Part shown: piece after piece, positions 47,024-56,913 of the stretch
How the letters are laid out: the number at the start of each line of letters is the position of its first letter
Position numbering within the stretch: position 1 is the stretch's first letter
From: an uncultured Planctomycetia bacterium
GTDB lineage: Bacteria; Omnitrophota; Gorgyraeia; Duberdicusellales; Duberdicusellaceae
Assembly: GCA_964634935.1 (NCBI GenBank)
Contig: CAZWJT010000001.1
Span: 16,203-80,202 of the forward strand
Length of the DNA stretch: 64,000 bases
Direction: 5' to 3'
Made by a program: the position numbers and the translations under genes
The notes under the pieces: model-generated
What the model was told of the DNA's origin: nothing
What the model saw: only the letters and a program-made list of their open reading frames with translations
Databases searched by the model: none

Positions 47024-48277
47024 CTACTTTTTTTCCTGGAACGGCAATTCAATTCTCTGAAGAATCTCTCGAATTTCTTCATTCTCAGAATCGAGAATAG
47101 CGGCTTTTCGAAAATACTGCCGTGCACCTTGAGCATCATAAGCAAGCTTTGAGAAGCCTATCTTACCATAATAATGCGCTGCCCATTGTTTATAGCCTAG
47201 ATGTTCGTACGACATAGCTAAAATAAGATCAATCTCTTGAACTCCCCGTAATGCCCCGGGTATATTCAAAATTTTTTCATACTCTTTGACCACCAACGCA
47301 TATCGTTTTTCCTTAAAAAGCTTCTTGAGCTTCTCTTCGGAGTGAGTAAAAGAACCTGCTGTTTGAAACTCTGCGCGATGACTATAGCTCTTCTTTTCGC
47401 CTTCGACAAGTGTCTTTTTTTGTCCTCCGTATCTCCAGGTTATCTCTTCATACGGAATAATAGGATTCACGATTGGAAAAGGAACTAAGCCATAGAATTG
47501 GCATACGCCCGTTCCTTGGCTTCCTACTACCTCGAAAGTAAACGTTGTTTCTTGATCAGAAAAACCATAAATAACATTATTTGCTGCATGGCGAGCTGGG
47601 CCAAGAGAAGAAATTTTGCCAATATCTTCCTGAATTACTCGCGAACGACGCACCTTTTCTGCAGCCTGCGAGTAATAATTGCCGAATTTCTCTATCGCCC
47701 ATGCGTGTCGAAAAGCCAAGCTACCCTGAGCGGGAAAATCACTCCACTTAATAGTGCAGAGAATCGGGATGGAAAACAACAAAACCCCAAAAAACCCAAG
47801 TACGATTCTTTTCTGGATGCTCCGAGGAGTCGCCCTTTCAAAACTGGATGCAATACGGATACCAAAAAAATACGAAATAACAAAAATGCAGTATCCGATA
47901 CCTTGAACCAAAAAATACCCTGGAAGCGCGGTGCGTTTAAAAATATTCCAGAAAATAAAAGCAATGAGATTCGCGATAAGATGCCCCAGAAAAACACCAA
48001 GCACGCCCCCAAGAGCCACAACAATCGGAATAAAATTCTTCTCGCGCTTAGAAAAGAACCAGACGGCGAATCCTCCGAGAAAATTTGCAAGAACGAAAAA
48101 GAAAAAATCACGAATTGTTTTTTCGATATCTTGAGTAAGAACGCTGAAAACACGGTAATTATAGAGAACTGTATTGAGCGCATCCCGGAAAAAAAAGAAA
48201 AAAACAAGCCAGAAAAGGACGCTAGCCGCCATGATAATACAAGACACCCTGATTTTACGATGTAGCCGTATACGCAT
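47024..48277 (-). CDS. hypothetical membrane protein with C-terminal TPR-like repeats
   Basis: Several TM helices in the first ~200 aa. C-terminal HLGYKQWAAHYYGKIGFSKLAYDAQGARQYFRKAAILD. Confidence 0.4.
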   Translation of the reverse strand: MRIRLHRKIRVSCIIMAASVLFWLVFFFFFRDALNTVLYNYRVFSVLTQDIEKTIRDFFFFVLANFLGGFAVWFFSKREKNFIPIVVALGGVLGVFLGHLIANLIAFIFWNIFKRTALPGYFLVQGIGYCIFVISYFFGIRIASSFERATPRSIQKRIVLGFFGVLLFSIPILCTIKWSDFPAQGSLAFRHAWAIEKFGNYYSQAAEKVRRSRVIQEDIGKISSLGPARHAANNVIYGFSDQETTFTFEVVGSQGTGVCQFYGLVPFPIVNPIIPYEEITWRYGGQKKTLVEGEKKSYSHRAEFQTAGSFTHSEEKLKKLFKEKRYALVVKEYEKILNIPGALRGVQEIDLILAMSYEHLGYKQWAAHYYGKIGFSKLAYDAQGARQYFRKAAILDSENEEIREILQRIELPFQEKK

Positions 48278-48350
48278 AAAATACAGATACTATGCTATTA
48301 TGATATCACGTTCCCTCAAAGACGCAATTTGGAAGTGAAAAATTATCACT

Positions 48351-48863
48351 CTATCGTGACGGATACTTTGCCTTCAGCTGAGTTAAATAGAGTACATGCT
48401 GCCGTTCTTCCTCCAAAAGCTCCTGGATAATTTCCTTCTGGCTTGAAACAAAATTAAGCAGTTCACTGAAAAAAAGTATAGCGTCCTTTTCGAAACTAAT
48501 CGCATAGAGAAGTGCGTCCACCGGAGTTTTTATTTTTTTCGAAAAACGCACCGCGACTATGTCCGCATAGAGATGATTGTCCATAATCGCCTGAAGATAT
48601 TGGCCGCGGTCAAGATGGCCGATCGAAGTATATTGAACATTCACCAGAACAGCTGCTCGTTCTCTTCCTTCTTCAATGAGTCTTCGGCGAAGCTGAGTAA
48701 ATTTCTCAACATGCTCAGACTCCCAGTCTCGCAAAGACTCAAATAATTCTCGCAAGTCTTGTTCACTAAACTTTTTGGCTACTAGAGCGTAAAATTCTTT
48801 CCGAAGTTTCTCTTTTTCAATTCCCATATCAACAACATCAAGAACGCTCAATATTCTACTCAT
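48351..48863 (-). CDS. ferritin-like/rubrerythrin-like helical protein (tentative)
   Basis: 170 aa, all-helical, with paired E..H-type segments (WESEHVEKF; EEERQHVLYL). Weak assignment. Confidence 0.35.
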   Translation of the reverse strand: MSRILSVLDVVDMGIEKEKLRKEFYALVAKKFSEQDLRELFESLRDWESEHVEKFTQLRRRLIEEGRERAAVLVNVQYTSIGHLDRGQYLQAIMDNHLYADIVAVRFSKKIKTPVDALLYAISFEKDAILFFSELLNFVSSQKEIIQELLEEERQHVLYLTQLKAKYPSR

Positions 48864-48873
48864 AGCCCTCCTC

Positions 48874-50049
48874 TCATTCTGCTTTGCTAAAAACCCGTTT
48901 CAGTAACAGAGTTCCATAGCTGCCCCGGGGAAGCGAAAAACTCAATATCAACTTTTTCTTCTGAGGGTATAGTTCGTCATCGAATACCTGCGCAAAAAGA
49001 TTCTCAGGGATAACGGAAATGCTTCGTGGTATCGACTTAAAAAATGCCTGCCGCAGAGAACGAATATTCAATAATGAAGAACGCATCCCAAACTCTGCCA
49101 AAGTTTCAGAATATACTTCCCTCAAAAGCTGGTCACTAATATTGCTTTTTGCGCCAAGAGTAGGCAAAATAAGCGCTAAGAAAAAATCCTGTTTCTCTGG
49201 TTGAAGATTTCCATAAAAGACATAATCACCAACTATTCCGGGGTATCGCCTGAAAGAATTCTTGAAAAATTTCTGGATAAATTTTTTGGTTGTTATGTTC
49301 CAAATATGCGCCTGATAGCAAGCATAATAAAGAGACATTTCTTCTTTCGAGATTTGCTGTAAAAGAGGCAGAAAATCTCGCGGGTGTTTCATGAGATACT
49401 GGAAACTCTTTTTCTCAAGCCAACTTTCAGCACGTTCCAAACACTCAGCCCATTTCTGCCAGTGATGAAAAAAGAAATCTTTCCGTATCCTTTCTGATTT
49501 GGTATCCCGGGTAGATACTCTCGTAAGATGAATCTTTAAGGCCCCCCCATAGTGCTTTTTCAGAACTTTCTCCGCGAAAAACCCGCTCCGTTGATCAAAG
49601 CTGCCAAAACGCTGATCATCAAAATAGTTCGGATAGCCTATCTTTTTAATTATTTCAAGCTCATCCAAAACACTCTGAATGGAATCACGATGAAGTTTCC
49701 GGACAACGATAGTAAAATCATTCTTGATAATCAGGTCCGGTCCTATCGGCCGCTCAAGAAATCCTTGAAAAGTTGCGCTGTATCCTCTTCCTTTAAGGTT
49801 GAACGGATAATTTCCTTGAAGCGAGATGTATTGGGAAGTACAGCCATGCCTATCTTTCCGGCCCGCATAAGAAAAACTCGCAAGCGGGATTTTCATCTTC
49901 CGGGCAAGTTCTTTTAGAAGATCGATCGTATTCCAACCGCATTTTTCCAATTGGAAAACACTATAGCCGCCAGAATTCCCAAAACAAGCGTTAATCTTTT
50001 CCCGTACGATAAAATCTTCTGGTTTAACTTTTAAGGTAAGCTGAACCAT
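48874..50049 (-). CDS. truD: tRNA pseudouridine(13) synthase
   Basis: YAGRKDRHGCTSQ (catalytic Asp block) and PNYFDDQRFG are the TruD signatures. 391 aa. Confidence 0.8.
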   Translation of the reverse strand: MVQLTLKVKPEDFIVREKINACFGNSGGYSVFQLEKCGWNTIDLLKELARKMKIPLASFSYAGRKDRHGCTSQYISLQGNYPFNLKGRGYSATFQGFLERPIGPDLIIKNDFTIVVRKLHRDSIQSVLDELEIIKKIGYPNYFDDQRFGSFDQRSGFFAEKVLKKHYGGALKIHLTRVSTRDTKSERIRKDFFFHHWQKWAECLERAESWLEKKSFQYLMKHPRDFLPLLQQISKEEMSLYYACYQAHIWNITTKKFIQKFFKNSFRRYPGIVGDYVFYGNLQPEKQDFFLALILPTLGAKSNISDQLLREVYSETLAEFGMRSSLLNIRSLRQAFFKSIPRSISVIPENLFAQVFDDELYPQKKKLILSFSLPRGSYGTLLLKRVFSKAE

Positions 50050-50077
50050 TTTGTTGTGTTTGTATAGCGTACAGCTA

Positions 50078-52960
50078 TTAAAAAACCGAGGTGGGAATCG
50101 TAAAAGTAAACCGAGTGCCCTCTTCAGGTTTACTCGTTACTGTAATTTTACCGCCGTGTGCCTCAACAATCCCCTTGCAAATCGCAAGACCCAGACCTGT
50201 ACCTTTTTCCTGACCTTCATGAATTCTACCAAATTGCTCAAATTTACTAAAAAGCTTCGGAAGGTTTTCGGACGCGATGCCACGGCCAGTATCGAGAACA
50301 CTGCATTCAATCACCCTGTCTTTATCCTTCTGTAGAATTGAAATTTCAATAAAACCCTCATTGGTAAATTTGAGGGCGTTATCGACTAAATTGGTGAAAA
50401 CCTGAATAATCTTATCTTTGTCAACGTAGGCTTCAATCACGCTATGGGAAAAACGCATCTTCAATTCAACTCTCTTGGCCTGGGCCCGCGAGAAAAATCC
50501 GTCAATTATTGTCTTAGCAAGCGCTGTAATATCGACTATTTCTTTACGCAGTTGCATCTTACCGGCTTCAAGCTTCGAGACATCAAGTAAGTCATTAACG
50601 ATACGGCCAAGCCGGTCAATAGCTCCCAAAGTAACATTCAGAAGTTCCCGTTGTGCCTGAGTAATCTTTCCATGCATCTCTCCTAAAATTTGCGAGACGC
50701 TTTCCCGGATAATCGCCATTGGCGTACGTAATTCGTGTGAAGCAGTACCGATAAAATCATCTTTTAATTGTTCGATCTGCTTACGCTCGGTAATATCGGT
50801 ACCGACACAAAGAATCTCTTCAAGTAATCCCTGATCAGAAAAGATGGGGCGATAGGTCCAGAATACCCAGGTTCCCTCTCCTCCTTTTTTCATATGCTCG
50901 GTAATCCGGCTTATGCTCTTCCCGCTGTTTTGTTGAATCTCCTCGAGAAGCCCCCCAAGATAATCTCCCTGAAACACCCCTGGACTAATTACCGTTCCAA
51001 TGAACGACCGGCCAATAGCCTCATCAGCCGAAAAGCCAAAATACAGGGCCGCGAATTTATTCCAAAAGTTAATCCGTCCTGTTGTATCCATCTTGAAAAT
51101 AATATTGTTTACGTTATCAACTAAATCGCGGTATCGCTCTTGGCTCTGTCGTAAAGCCCGTTCAGCTTTTTTTGTTTCGGCAATATCCCGGATAACTCCG
51201 ATGGATCCGGTAATTTCATTATTTTCATTCCGCAATACGCTAATAGAAATGTCTACTTCAATCAGAGTGCCATCTTTTCTCAGTACGCATGTTTCAAAAT
51301 GATGCTGGATACCTTTCTCTCGAATATTTTCTTGACGGATACGGAGCCACTCCTCTTCCGGGTAAAGAATACTCACGTTTTTCATGTATAAATCTTCAGT
51401 AGTCATACCCAGAAGAATCTCAGTAAACGGATTCCAGGAAATGATGTTTTCTTCTTTGTCGGTAACAGTTATCGCAACCGCAGAGTTATTAAAAATAGTG
51501 CGAAACTTTGCCTCTGATTCCGCGATCTTTTTTTCTGCCATCTTACGTTCAGTAATATCACGCGAGTTAAATACCAACCCTTCTATTTCTTTTTCAAGCA
51601 AGAAATCGTGCGCTATTGATTCTAAGTAAATCCACGCACCATCGCTCCGTCGGTACCGATAATTAATAGAAACAGGCTGCCCACCCTTGGGGAAAGCTTC
51701 CTGAATGGCTTTCTTGACCGATTCTAAATCGTCAGGATGGATGTACTCAAAGAAATTCTTCCCTAGCATCAGCGCTGAGTTATACCCAAGAACCCGCTCA
51801 CTGGAAGGACCCTGATAATGGATCGTGCCTCCTTGATCAATAACCGTAATCACATCAGAGGCATTCTGGATGAGAAATTTGAATCGATCTTCGCCCTCAA
51901 GAAGCTTCTGATGTGATGACTCAAGCTTGCTAAGCATTTTGTTAATCTCATGAGCAAGGCCAGCGATTTCATCATCTCCGTCGATAGAAACGTAGGAAAG
52001 AAAACCTTGATTGTCACTGACCGTGGCAACTTTCGTACTGACGGCATGAAGTCTGGAGAGTATTTCTTTCTCCAGAAAAACGAAAAGAAAAACGAACAAA
52101 AGAAAAAGAACAGAAAAAACTAATAGGCCTAATTGGATAAAACTAGAAAATCCTTGTTGGTAAATTTCCCGAGATACCTCCAGGGTGACAAGAAATGAGT
52201 GTTTACCGGAAATGTCCGGGAAAAGCGTATACCCAAGAAGTTTGTTCGAAGAAACAGGAATCGTAAGATAACGCGCTTTGTCTGAGAATTGCTCCAGCAT
52301 GTTCCCTTCTTCTGGTATCGTAAGTTCCGACGTGTGGCGCAGGGTAAAATTGAGTTGCGTTAATTTTCTAAGTTTATCGATTTCTTGGTTATCTAAAAAA
52401 CGTCCGAACAGGAGCGCGCCGCGCACAGGACCGGTATTATTGCTCCGCAAAACAGGCCAAACAGCAACAAGAAATGGAGTACCTGAAAAGTTATAGATAC
52501 CGCTCTTTGATTTCCCTGCACAGGCATCACGAATAAGAGAAAGAGGATCGGATTGAACAAGCTGGGAAAAAGAATCAGCGATCGGAGTAATTTTCTTTTC
52601 TCCGAGATCAAACCCTCTTTGAAAAACAACTTTACCGTTGACGTCGAAAAGATAAACAACATTGAGCGTTAAATTCATCAACGTATCTTCGACAAAATTT
52701 TTTTCGATATAGTCTCCCGTGCGATCCTGCAAGAAAAAATACGTATCATCCCACATGGCATAATCTCGAGCCATAGTTGAAAGCTGAGCGATAGAGTTTG
52801 AAAAAGCAGCCTCTATCCGCTGAAGATTGCTTTGTGTCCGATCGCGCTCTATTTTCTGGAATCCCCGGAATACAACAAGGTGAAAGATGAAAAAAAGTGC
52901 CGCATAAGAAACTACGGCCACAATAATCATCATGAGAAAAACTTTATTCCGAACCTTCAT
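50078..52960 (-). CDS. multi-PAS sensor histidine kinase with extracytoplasmic N-terminal sensor domain
   Basis: Two TM helices flank a ~250-aa domain. At least three PAS repeats, H-box SHELRTPMAI, and HATPase boxes (DTGRGI; GTGLGLAI). 960 aa. Confidence 0.8.
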   Translation of the reverse strand: MKVRNKVFLMMIIVAVVSYAALFFIFHLVVFRGFQKIERDRTQSNLQRIEAAFSNSIAQLSTMARDYAMWDDTYFFLQDRTGDYIEKNFVEDTLMNLTLNVVYLFDVNGKVVFQRGFDLGEKKITPIADSFSQLVQSDPLSLIRDACAGKSKSGIYNFSGTPFLVAVWPVLRSNNTGPVRGALLFGRFLDNQEIDKLRKLTQLNFTLRHTSELTIPEEGNMLEQFSDKARYLTIPVSSNKLLGYTLFPDISGKHSFLVTLEVSREIYQQGFSSFIQLGLLVFSVLFLLFVFLFVFLEKEILSRLHAVSTKVATVSDNQGFLSYVSIDGDDEIAGLAHEINKMLSKLESSHQKLLEGEDRFKFLIQNASDVITVIDQGGTIHYQGPSSERVLGYNSALMLGKNFFEYIHPDDLESVKKAIQEAFPKGGQPVSINYRYRRSDGAWIYLESIAHDFLLEKEIEGLVFNSRDITERKMAEKKIAESEAKFRTIFNNSAVAITVTDKEENIISWNPFTEILLGMTTEDLYMKNVSILYPEEEWLRIRQENIREKGIQHHFETCVLRKDGTLIEVDISISVLRNENNEITGSIGVIRDIAETKKAERALRQSQERYRDLVDNVNNIIFKMDTTGRINFWNKFAALYFGFSADEAIGRSFIGTVISPGVFQGDYLGGLLEEIQQNSGKSISRITEHMKKGGEGTWVFWTYRPIFSDQGLLEEILCVGTDITERKQIEQLKDDFIGTASHELRTPMAIIRESVSQILGEMHGKITQAQRELLNVTLGAIDRLGRIVNDLLDVSKLEAGKMQLRKEIVDITALAKTIIDGFFSRAQAKRVELKMRFSHSVIEAYVDKDKIIQVFTNLVDNALKFTNEGFIEISILQKDKDRVIECSVLDTGRGIASENLPKLFSKFEQFGRIHEGQEKGTGLGLAICKGIVEAHGGKITVTSKPEEGTRFTFTIPTSVF

Positions 52961-52975
52961 CGTTCTATCGGTTTC

Positions 52976-53962
52976 TCAGAGCCATTTTTTCCTCCGAAAA
53001 TAAAAAAGCATGAAAAACGCCACGAGAAGCATAAGCCCTAAGGCAGAAATATAACCGTATTTCGAGTTCAACTCCGGCATATTCCAGAAAGACACCTGGG
53101 TGTTAAAATTCATTCCATAGATACCCGCAATGAGCGTCAGCGGCATGAAAACAGTAGTAACTATTGTCAGGCGTTTCATAACTTCATTCAACTTGTTAGA
53201 AAGAGCAGAAAGATATACTTCAAAAACACTGGTAATAAGATCTTGCTGAACTTCGAGCAGCTCATAAATTCTCATCATATGATCATATGTGTCCCGAAAA
53301 TAAACCATATTACGGGTAGAAACCATCGAAATATCCCGCCGGCATAATCTGTTGATAACATCGCGCTGAGGAGTAAGACTTTTCCGCAGATCAAGAATTT
53401 CTTTCTTAAGGGCGAGTGTTTTTGAGATAGCGCAATCACCGGTCTGAGTAAGAACGTCCTGCTCTAAAGACTCTACAGCATCATCAAAATGATCGAGAAC
53501 CTGCATCGCATGATCACAAAGTAATTCAGTAAGCAGATAAAGCAAAAAATCTGGACCGCGATTAAAAAATGGGGGGGTTTTCAATAATCTGCCCTCAAGT
53601 TCAGTAATCAAACTTGATGGCGCCACGTGAACCGTCACCAAATAGTTCTTCCCCAGAAACGCATCAATCTCGGCATGCTCAACCTGATGAGTGGCTTCTG
53701 TAAAAAAAACATCGCGGAGAATAATAAAAAGATACTCCTCAAACTCCTCAATTTTCGGCCAATCAGTAAATTTTTGGCAGGCATCAACGGTCAAAGGATG
53801 AAATCCGAATAACTCACGAAGTAACTCAAATTCTTCGGCAGTTGGAAGAGAAAAATCAAACCATACTGGATTCCGTTTTTCGGCAAGAAAAGATGAAACG
53901 TGCTCGCGGGTCAGAGCAACTTGAACAATTCTGTTCGTATCTATATAAGAAACGTTAATCAC
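52976..53962 (-). CDS. corA: CorA-family Mg2+/Co2+ transporter
   Basis: C-terminal two TM helices with GIYGMNF (the YGMNF motif). 328 aa. Confidence 0.85.
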   Translation of the reverse strand: MINVSYIDTNRIVQVALTREHVSSFLAEKRNPVWFDFSLPTAEEFELLRELFGFHPLTVDACQKFTDWPKIEEFEEYLFIILRDVFFTEATHQVEHAEIDAFLGKNYLVTVHVAPSSLITELEGRLLKTPPFFNRGPDFLLYLLTELLCDHAMQVLDHFDDAVESLEQDVLTQTGDCAISKTLALKKEILDLRKSLTPQRDVINRLCRRDISMVSTRNMVYFRDTYDHMMRIYELLEVQQDLITSVFEVYLSALSNKLNEVMKRLTIVTTVFMPLTLIAGIYGMNFNTQVSFWNMPELNSKYGYISALGLMLLVAFFMLFYFRRKKWL

Positions 53963-53986
53963 TTGCGCTGTATTCAGAGAAAGAAA

Positions 53987-56047
53987 TTATTCTTGCGTTT
54001 TGACATGACTAAAGCTTTCTACCCGATCAGCATAAATAACACCCCGGCCGCCAAAAGCCTTCTGGGCTAAAAGACCATCGAAAATTGGATACACTGCTTC
54101 ATCGAGATATAATTTTACCAAACCGGGCATTTCTTTTTGCCGTTCATATTTTAAACGCGCCATTTCACGTTCTTCCTGTTTTTTCTCCAACTCAAGCTTG
54201 ACATTCTCAAGTGCCTCTTGCGCTTCGGAAACCCCGACCGCAATATCTTCAAGTTCCTTTTGTTTCTCCGAAATATCAACTCCTTGACCCTGCAAATCCT
54301 TTAACTCCTGTTGTGCTGCAGTCTGCCTAACATTCAAAGACGCAAGAAACTCTTGTTTCTCTACAAATGTATTCTCCAAATCCGTAACTTCTTGTTCAGC
54401 AGAACCAAAATCTCCTGGCTGTTGCGCCGAAAGAAGAGAAAACCAACCAATTCCCCATTCACAGAGCCCTCGAAGTCTCCTGACCAAAAGATCGGTCTTT
54501 AAGAAAAATAAGGAGTTGCTCTCTGTGCTAAAGCCAGGTACTACTTCTTGAAAATCCCTGTTCTCACTTAAGGCCTGGCTCTTATTCTGCAATGCATCAA
54601 CTGTATCTTGCAAAATCTTTCTATTCACGGAAATTAAAAAATAGTCTTTCAGCACACAATATCCAGGCTGCAGGCCTTCGCCGAAGGGCAGCGATATGTA
54701 ATGGAGCGTCGTTCCTTTATAATTTTCCTCCTGTAGCTGTAGTCCATTCTTTTGCAGTAGTCCAGCGATAAGATTTGGTATTTTTGCCTTATCTTTGATT
54801 TGCACAAAAAGGAGAAGGTCGGGAATCGGGAAAGGACCTTGAAGATTAATATCGGAAAGATAGCCGCCGCATTCATTACCCAATGAACGGATAAGATCGT
54901 TTTCAATACTGAAACCAAAAGAATCTTCAAATGCCTTAATAAACGCATCTGGTGAAACTTGGGTTTGCTGCTGGCTAGCTCCTTCTTTAAAACCATCAAG
55001 AAAACTCTTCCAAAGCTCTTCAAAGTCAAACGTATTTGACCAATGGTAACCAATGACTGACTTTGGGACAAAATAAATAGTTTCATTCTTCTCCGGTTTA
55101 CGAGAAAAAATTGTGACATACTTGGGGTTGATCTTCCCGCGGTCATACCGGACAATACCAAGAGTTTTAGAAATATCCCCTGCCACAAAGACTGAGGTCG
55201 CGGTCTTGAATCCTTCTATCATCTCAAGCCGTTCTTCCAGATTTTTTGGCCCAAAATCACCCCCTGCCTGCCGGCCAAGATCAAAACCTTCGAGAATAAT
55301 ATCCAAAAGATTTTGGAAATTAATAAACGAAACTATCTGGGCTGTTTTGGGAAGTTGCCCGCGAGAAAGTCGATACTCTTTATCGGTAGAAAGCGCCGCG
55401 GCACTGTGGGTTGCCGTATCAATACAAGAACGAATCATCTGGGAACTAAGACTCACAACAAGTAAATCCTTTATTTTTACATAATATACGTTCATTCCTG
55501 CGCCAACCTGAACAATAACTATCTCATAATCTTTGTATTTTTCTTGGCGCGTCTGGACGGTTTGACTGAAGGCGCTGTAAATCTTCCCAATGAATTCGAG
55601 AACCTGAGCGTCTGGTTTAAGCCGACTTACCAAAGCAAATGAATAGAGGTCTTCAGAGATTTTCTCGGCAGCCAGAAAAGCGCTAAAAGCTTGCTTGGGC
55701 TTATAGAGAGCAAATGCGATTTCTTGGCCAAAAAATTTTTCAAGGAAAAGGCTGGAGGTAACCCGCTGGAATTCATCAGAAACTTTCCTGTATTGTTCCC
55801 GGGTAGTTGCATCAACGCCGCTTTTCTCAAGCAGCAAATCAACATTAATCTTACTGATATTACGCCATAGTTTTGTGCTGGAGAATTTTTTAACACTTTT
55901 TTCAACGTCCGAAACGCAGATATATACAATTGGATTTTGAGGCAGAACGCTCTCAGGGGCTATTTTGGTTTGAGTAATCTTATACACAAGAACAATTCCT
56001 GAAACCACAACCACACCCGCCAAAAAAATACCAATTATCTTTTTCAT
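53987..56047 (-). CDS. hypothetical N-terminally anchored periplasmic protein with C-terminal coiled coil
   Basis: Signal-anchor MKKIIGIFLAGVVVVSGIVLV. 686 aa. The C-terminal ~120 aa are Glu/Lys/Gln-rich heptads. Confidence 0.4.
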   Translation of the reverse strand: MKKIIGIFLAGVVVVSGIVLVYKITQTKIAPESVLPQNPIVYICVSDVEKSVKKFSSTKLWRNISKINVDLLLEKSGVDATTREQYRKVSDEFQRVTSSLFLEKFFGQEIAFALYKPKQAFSAFLAAEKISEDLYSFALVSRLKPDAQVLEFIGKIYSAFSQTVQTRQEKYKDYEIVIVQVGAGMNVYYVKIKDLLVVSLSSQMIRSCIDTATHSAAALSTDKEYRLSRGQLPKTAQIVSFINFQNLLDIILEGFDLGRQAGGDFGPKNLEERLEMIEGFKTATSVFVAGDISKTLGIVRYDRGKINPKYVTIFSRKPEKNETIYFVPKSVIGYHWSNTFDFEELWKSFLDGFKEGASQQQTQVSPDAFIKAFEDSFGFSIENDLIRSLGNECGGYLSDINLQGPFPIPDLLLFVQIKDKAKIPNLIAGLLQKNGLQLQEENYKGTTLHYISLPFGEGLQPGYCVLKDYFLISVNRKILQDTVDALQNKSQALSENRDFQEVVPGFSTESNSLFFLKTDLLVRRLRGLCEWGIGWFSLLSAQQPGDFGSAEQEVTDLENTFVEKQEFLASLNVRQTAAQQELKDLQGQGVDISEKQKELEDIAVGVSEAQEALENVKLELEKKQEEREMARLKYERQKEMPGLVKLYLDEAVYPIFDGLLAQKAFGGRGVIYADRVESFSHVKTQE

Positions 56048-56141
56048 CCGGTTCCTCCTTCGTATAGAATAAAATAGGTAAATAATATTAACAATATCAT
56101 ACTTGTTTCATCTGTCAATATGCATTTTCCTTTCTAGCGCG

Positions 56142-56912
56142 CTAGAGCTGGAAAAAATCTCGAGAATTCTGTAAAACCTGCTCTTCAACAATCTGGACTG
56201 GAATGCCTTTCACTCTGGAAATCTCTCCTACAACGTCTTTTGTTGCAAGAGGAGTATTCAGTTGACCGCGTAAACGCTGTGGAGCCAAATACGGAGAATC
56301 TGTCTCGGTAAGCACACGCTCCAAAGGAGCCTGTTGTACTGATTGACGAAGAAGTGAAGCATTCTTAAAAGTTACATTCCCTGCAAATGAAATAAAATAA
56401 CCACGGGCAATAACCTGCGCAAGAAAACCCGGATCTTGAGAAAAACAGTGAAAAACAACTTTGGAAGGCTTATATTCATCAAGAATTTGGAGAATTTTTT
56501 GATCAAAACCGCGGTTATGAATAACTAAAGGCAAGGAAAATTCACGAGCAAGTTCGATAGATTTTCGGAACGCATGCTCTTGAGAATCAAAAGGAACACT
56601 GCTTTTTTGATCAAAGCCAATCTCACCGAAAGCCTTTATTTTTTCGCGGTTCTCCGTAAGAAGCTTCCGGTATTGCTCAAAAACAGAATCATTAATTCCC
56701 TGAACATTGTAGGGATGTAATCCGAGACTGCTGTAAATCATCGTATACCGTGAAGATAAGGCGAGCGAACGACACGAACTTGCGTAATCAATACTGCAAT
56801 CAATCAACGCAAAGAAGTCTTTTTGCTGAATAGCTTGTACCAATTGCTCAACCTGAAGAAGAAGTTCTGGAAAATTGAGATGACAGTGACTGTCAACCAG
56901 CATACGCTTCAC
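56142..56912 (-). CDS. tatD: TatD-family metal-dependent DNase
   Basis: MLVDSHCHLNFPE N-terminal HxH motif. 256 aa. Confidence 0.85.
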   Translation of the reverse strand: MKRMLVDSHCHLNFPELLLQVEQLVQAIQQKDFFALIDCSIDYASSCRSLALSSRYTMIYSSLGLHPYNVQGINDSVFEQYRKLLTENREKIKAFGEIGFDQKSSVPFDSQEHAFRKSIELAREFSLPLVIHNRGFDQKILQILDEYKPSKVVFHCFSQDPGFLAQVIARGYFISFAGNVTFKNASLLRQSVQQAPLERVLTETDSPYLAPQRLRGQLNTPLATKDVVGEISRVKGIPVQIVEEQVLQNSRDFFQL

Positions 56913-56913
56913 A

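Noticed and set aside
47498-48265. 255-aa plus-strand ORF
   Set aside because: Low-complexity Lys/Asn/Arg-rich translation lying entirely antisense to the minus-strand membrane/TPR gene. No ribosome-binding site. A typical shadow ORF.
54649-55188. 179-aa minus-strand ORF
   Set aside because: Alternative frame nested within the 686-aa gene. Hydrophobic, low-complexity translation.
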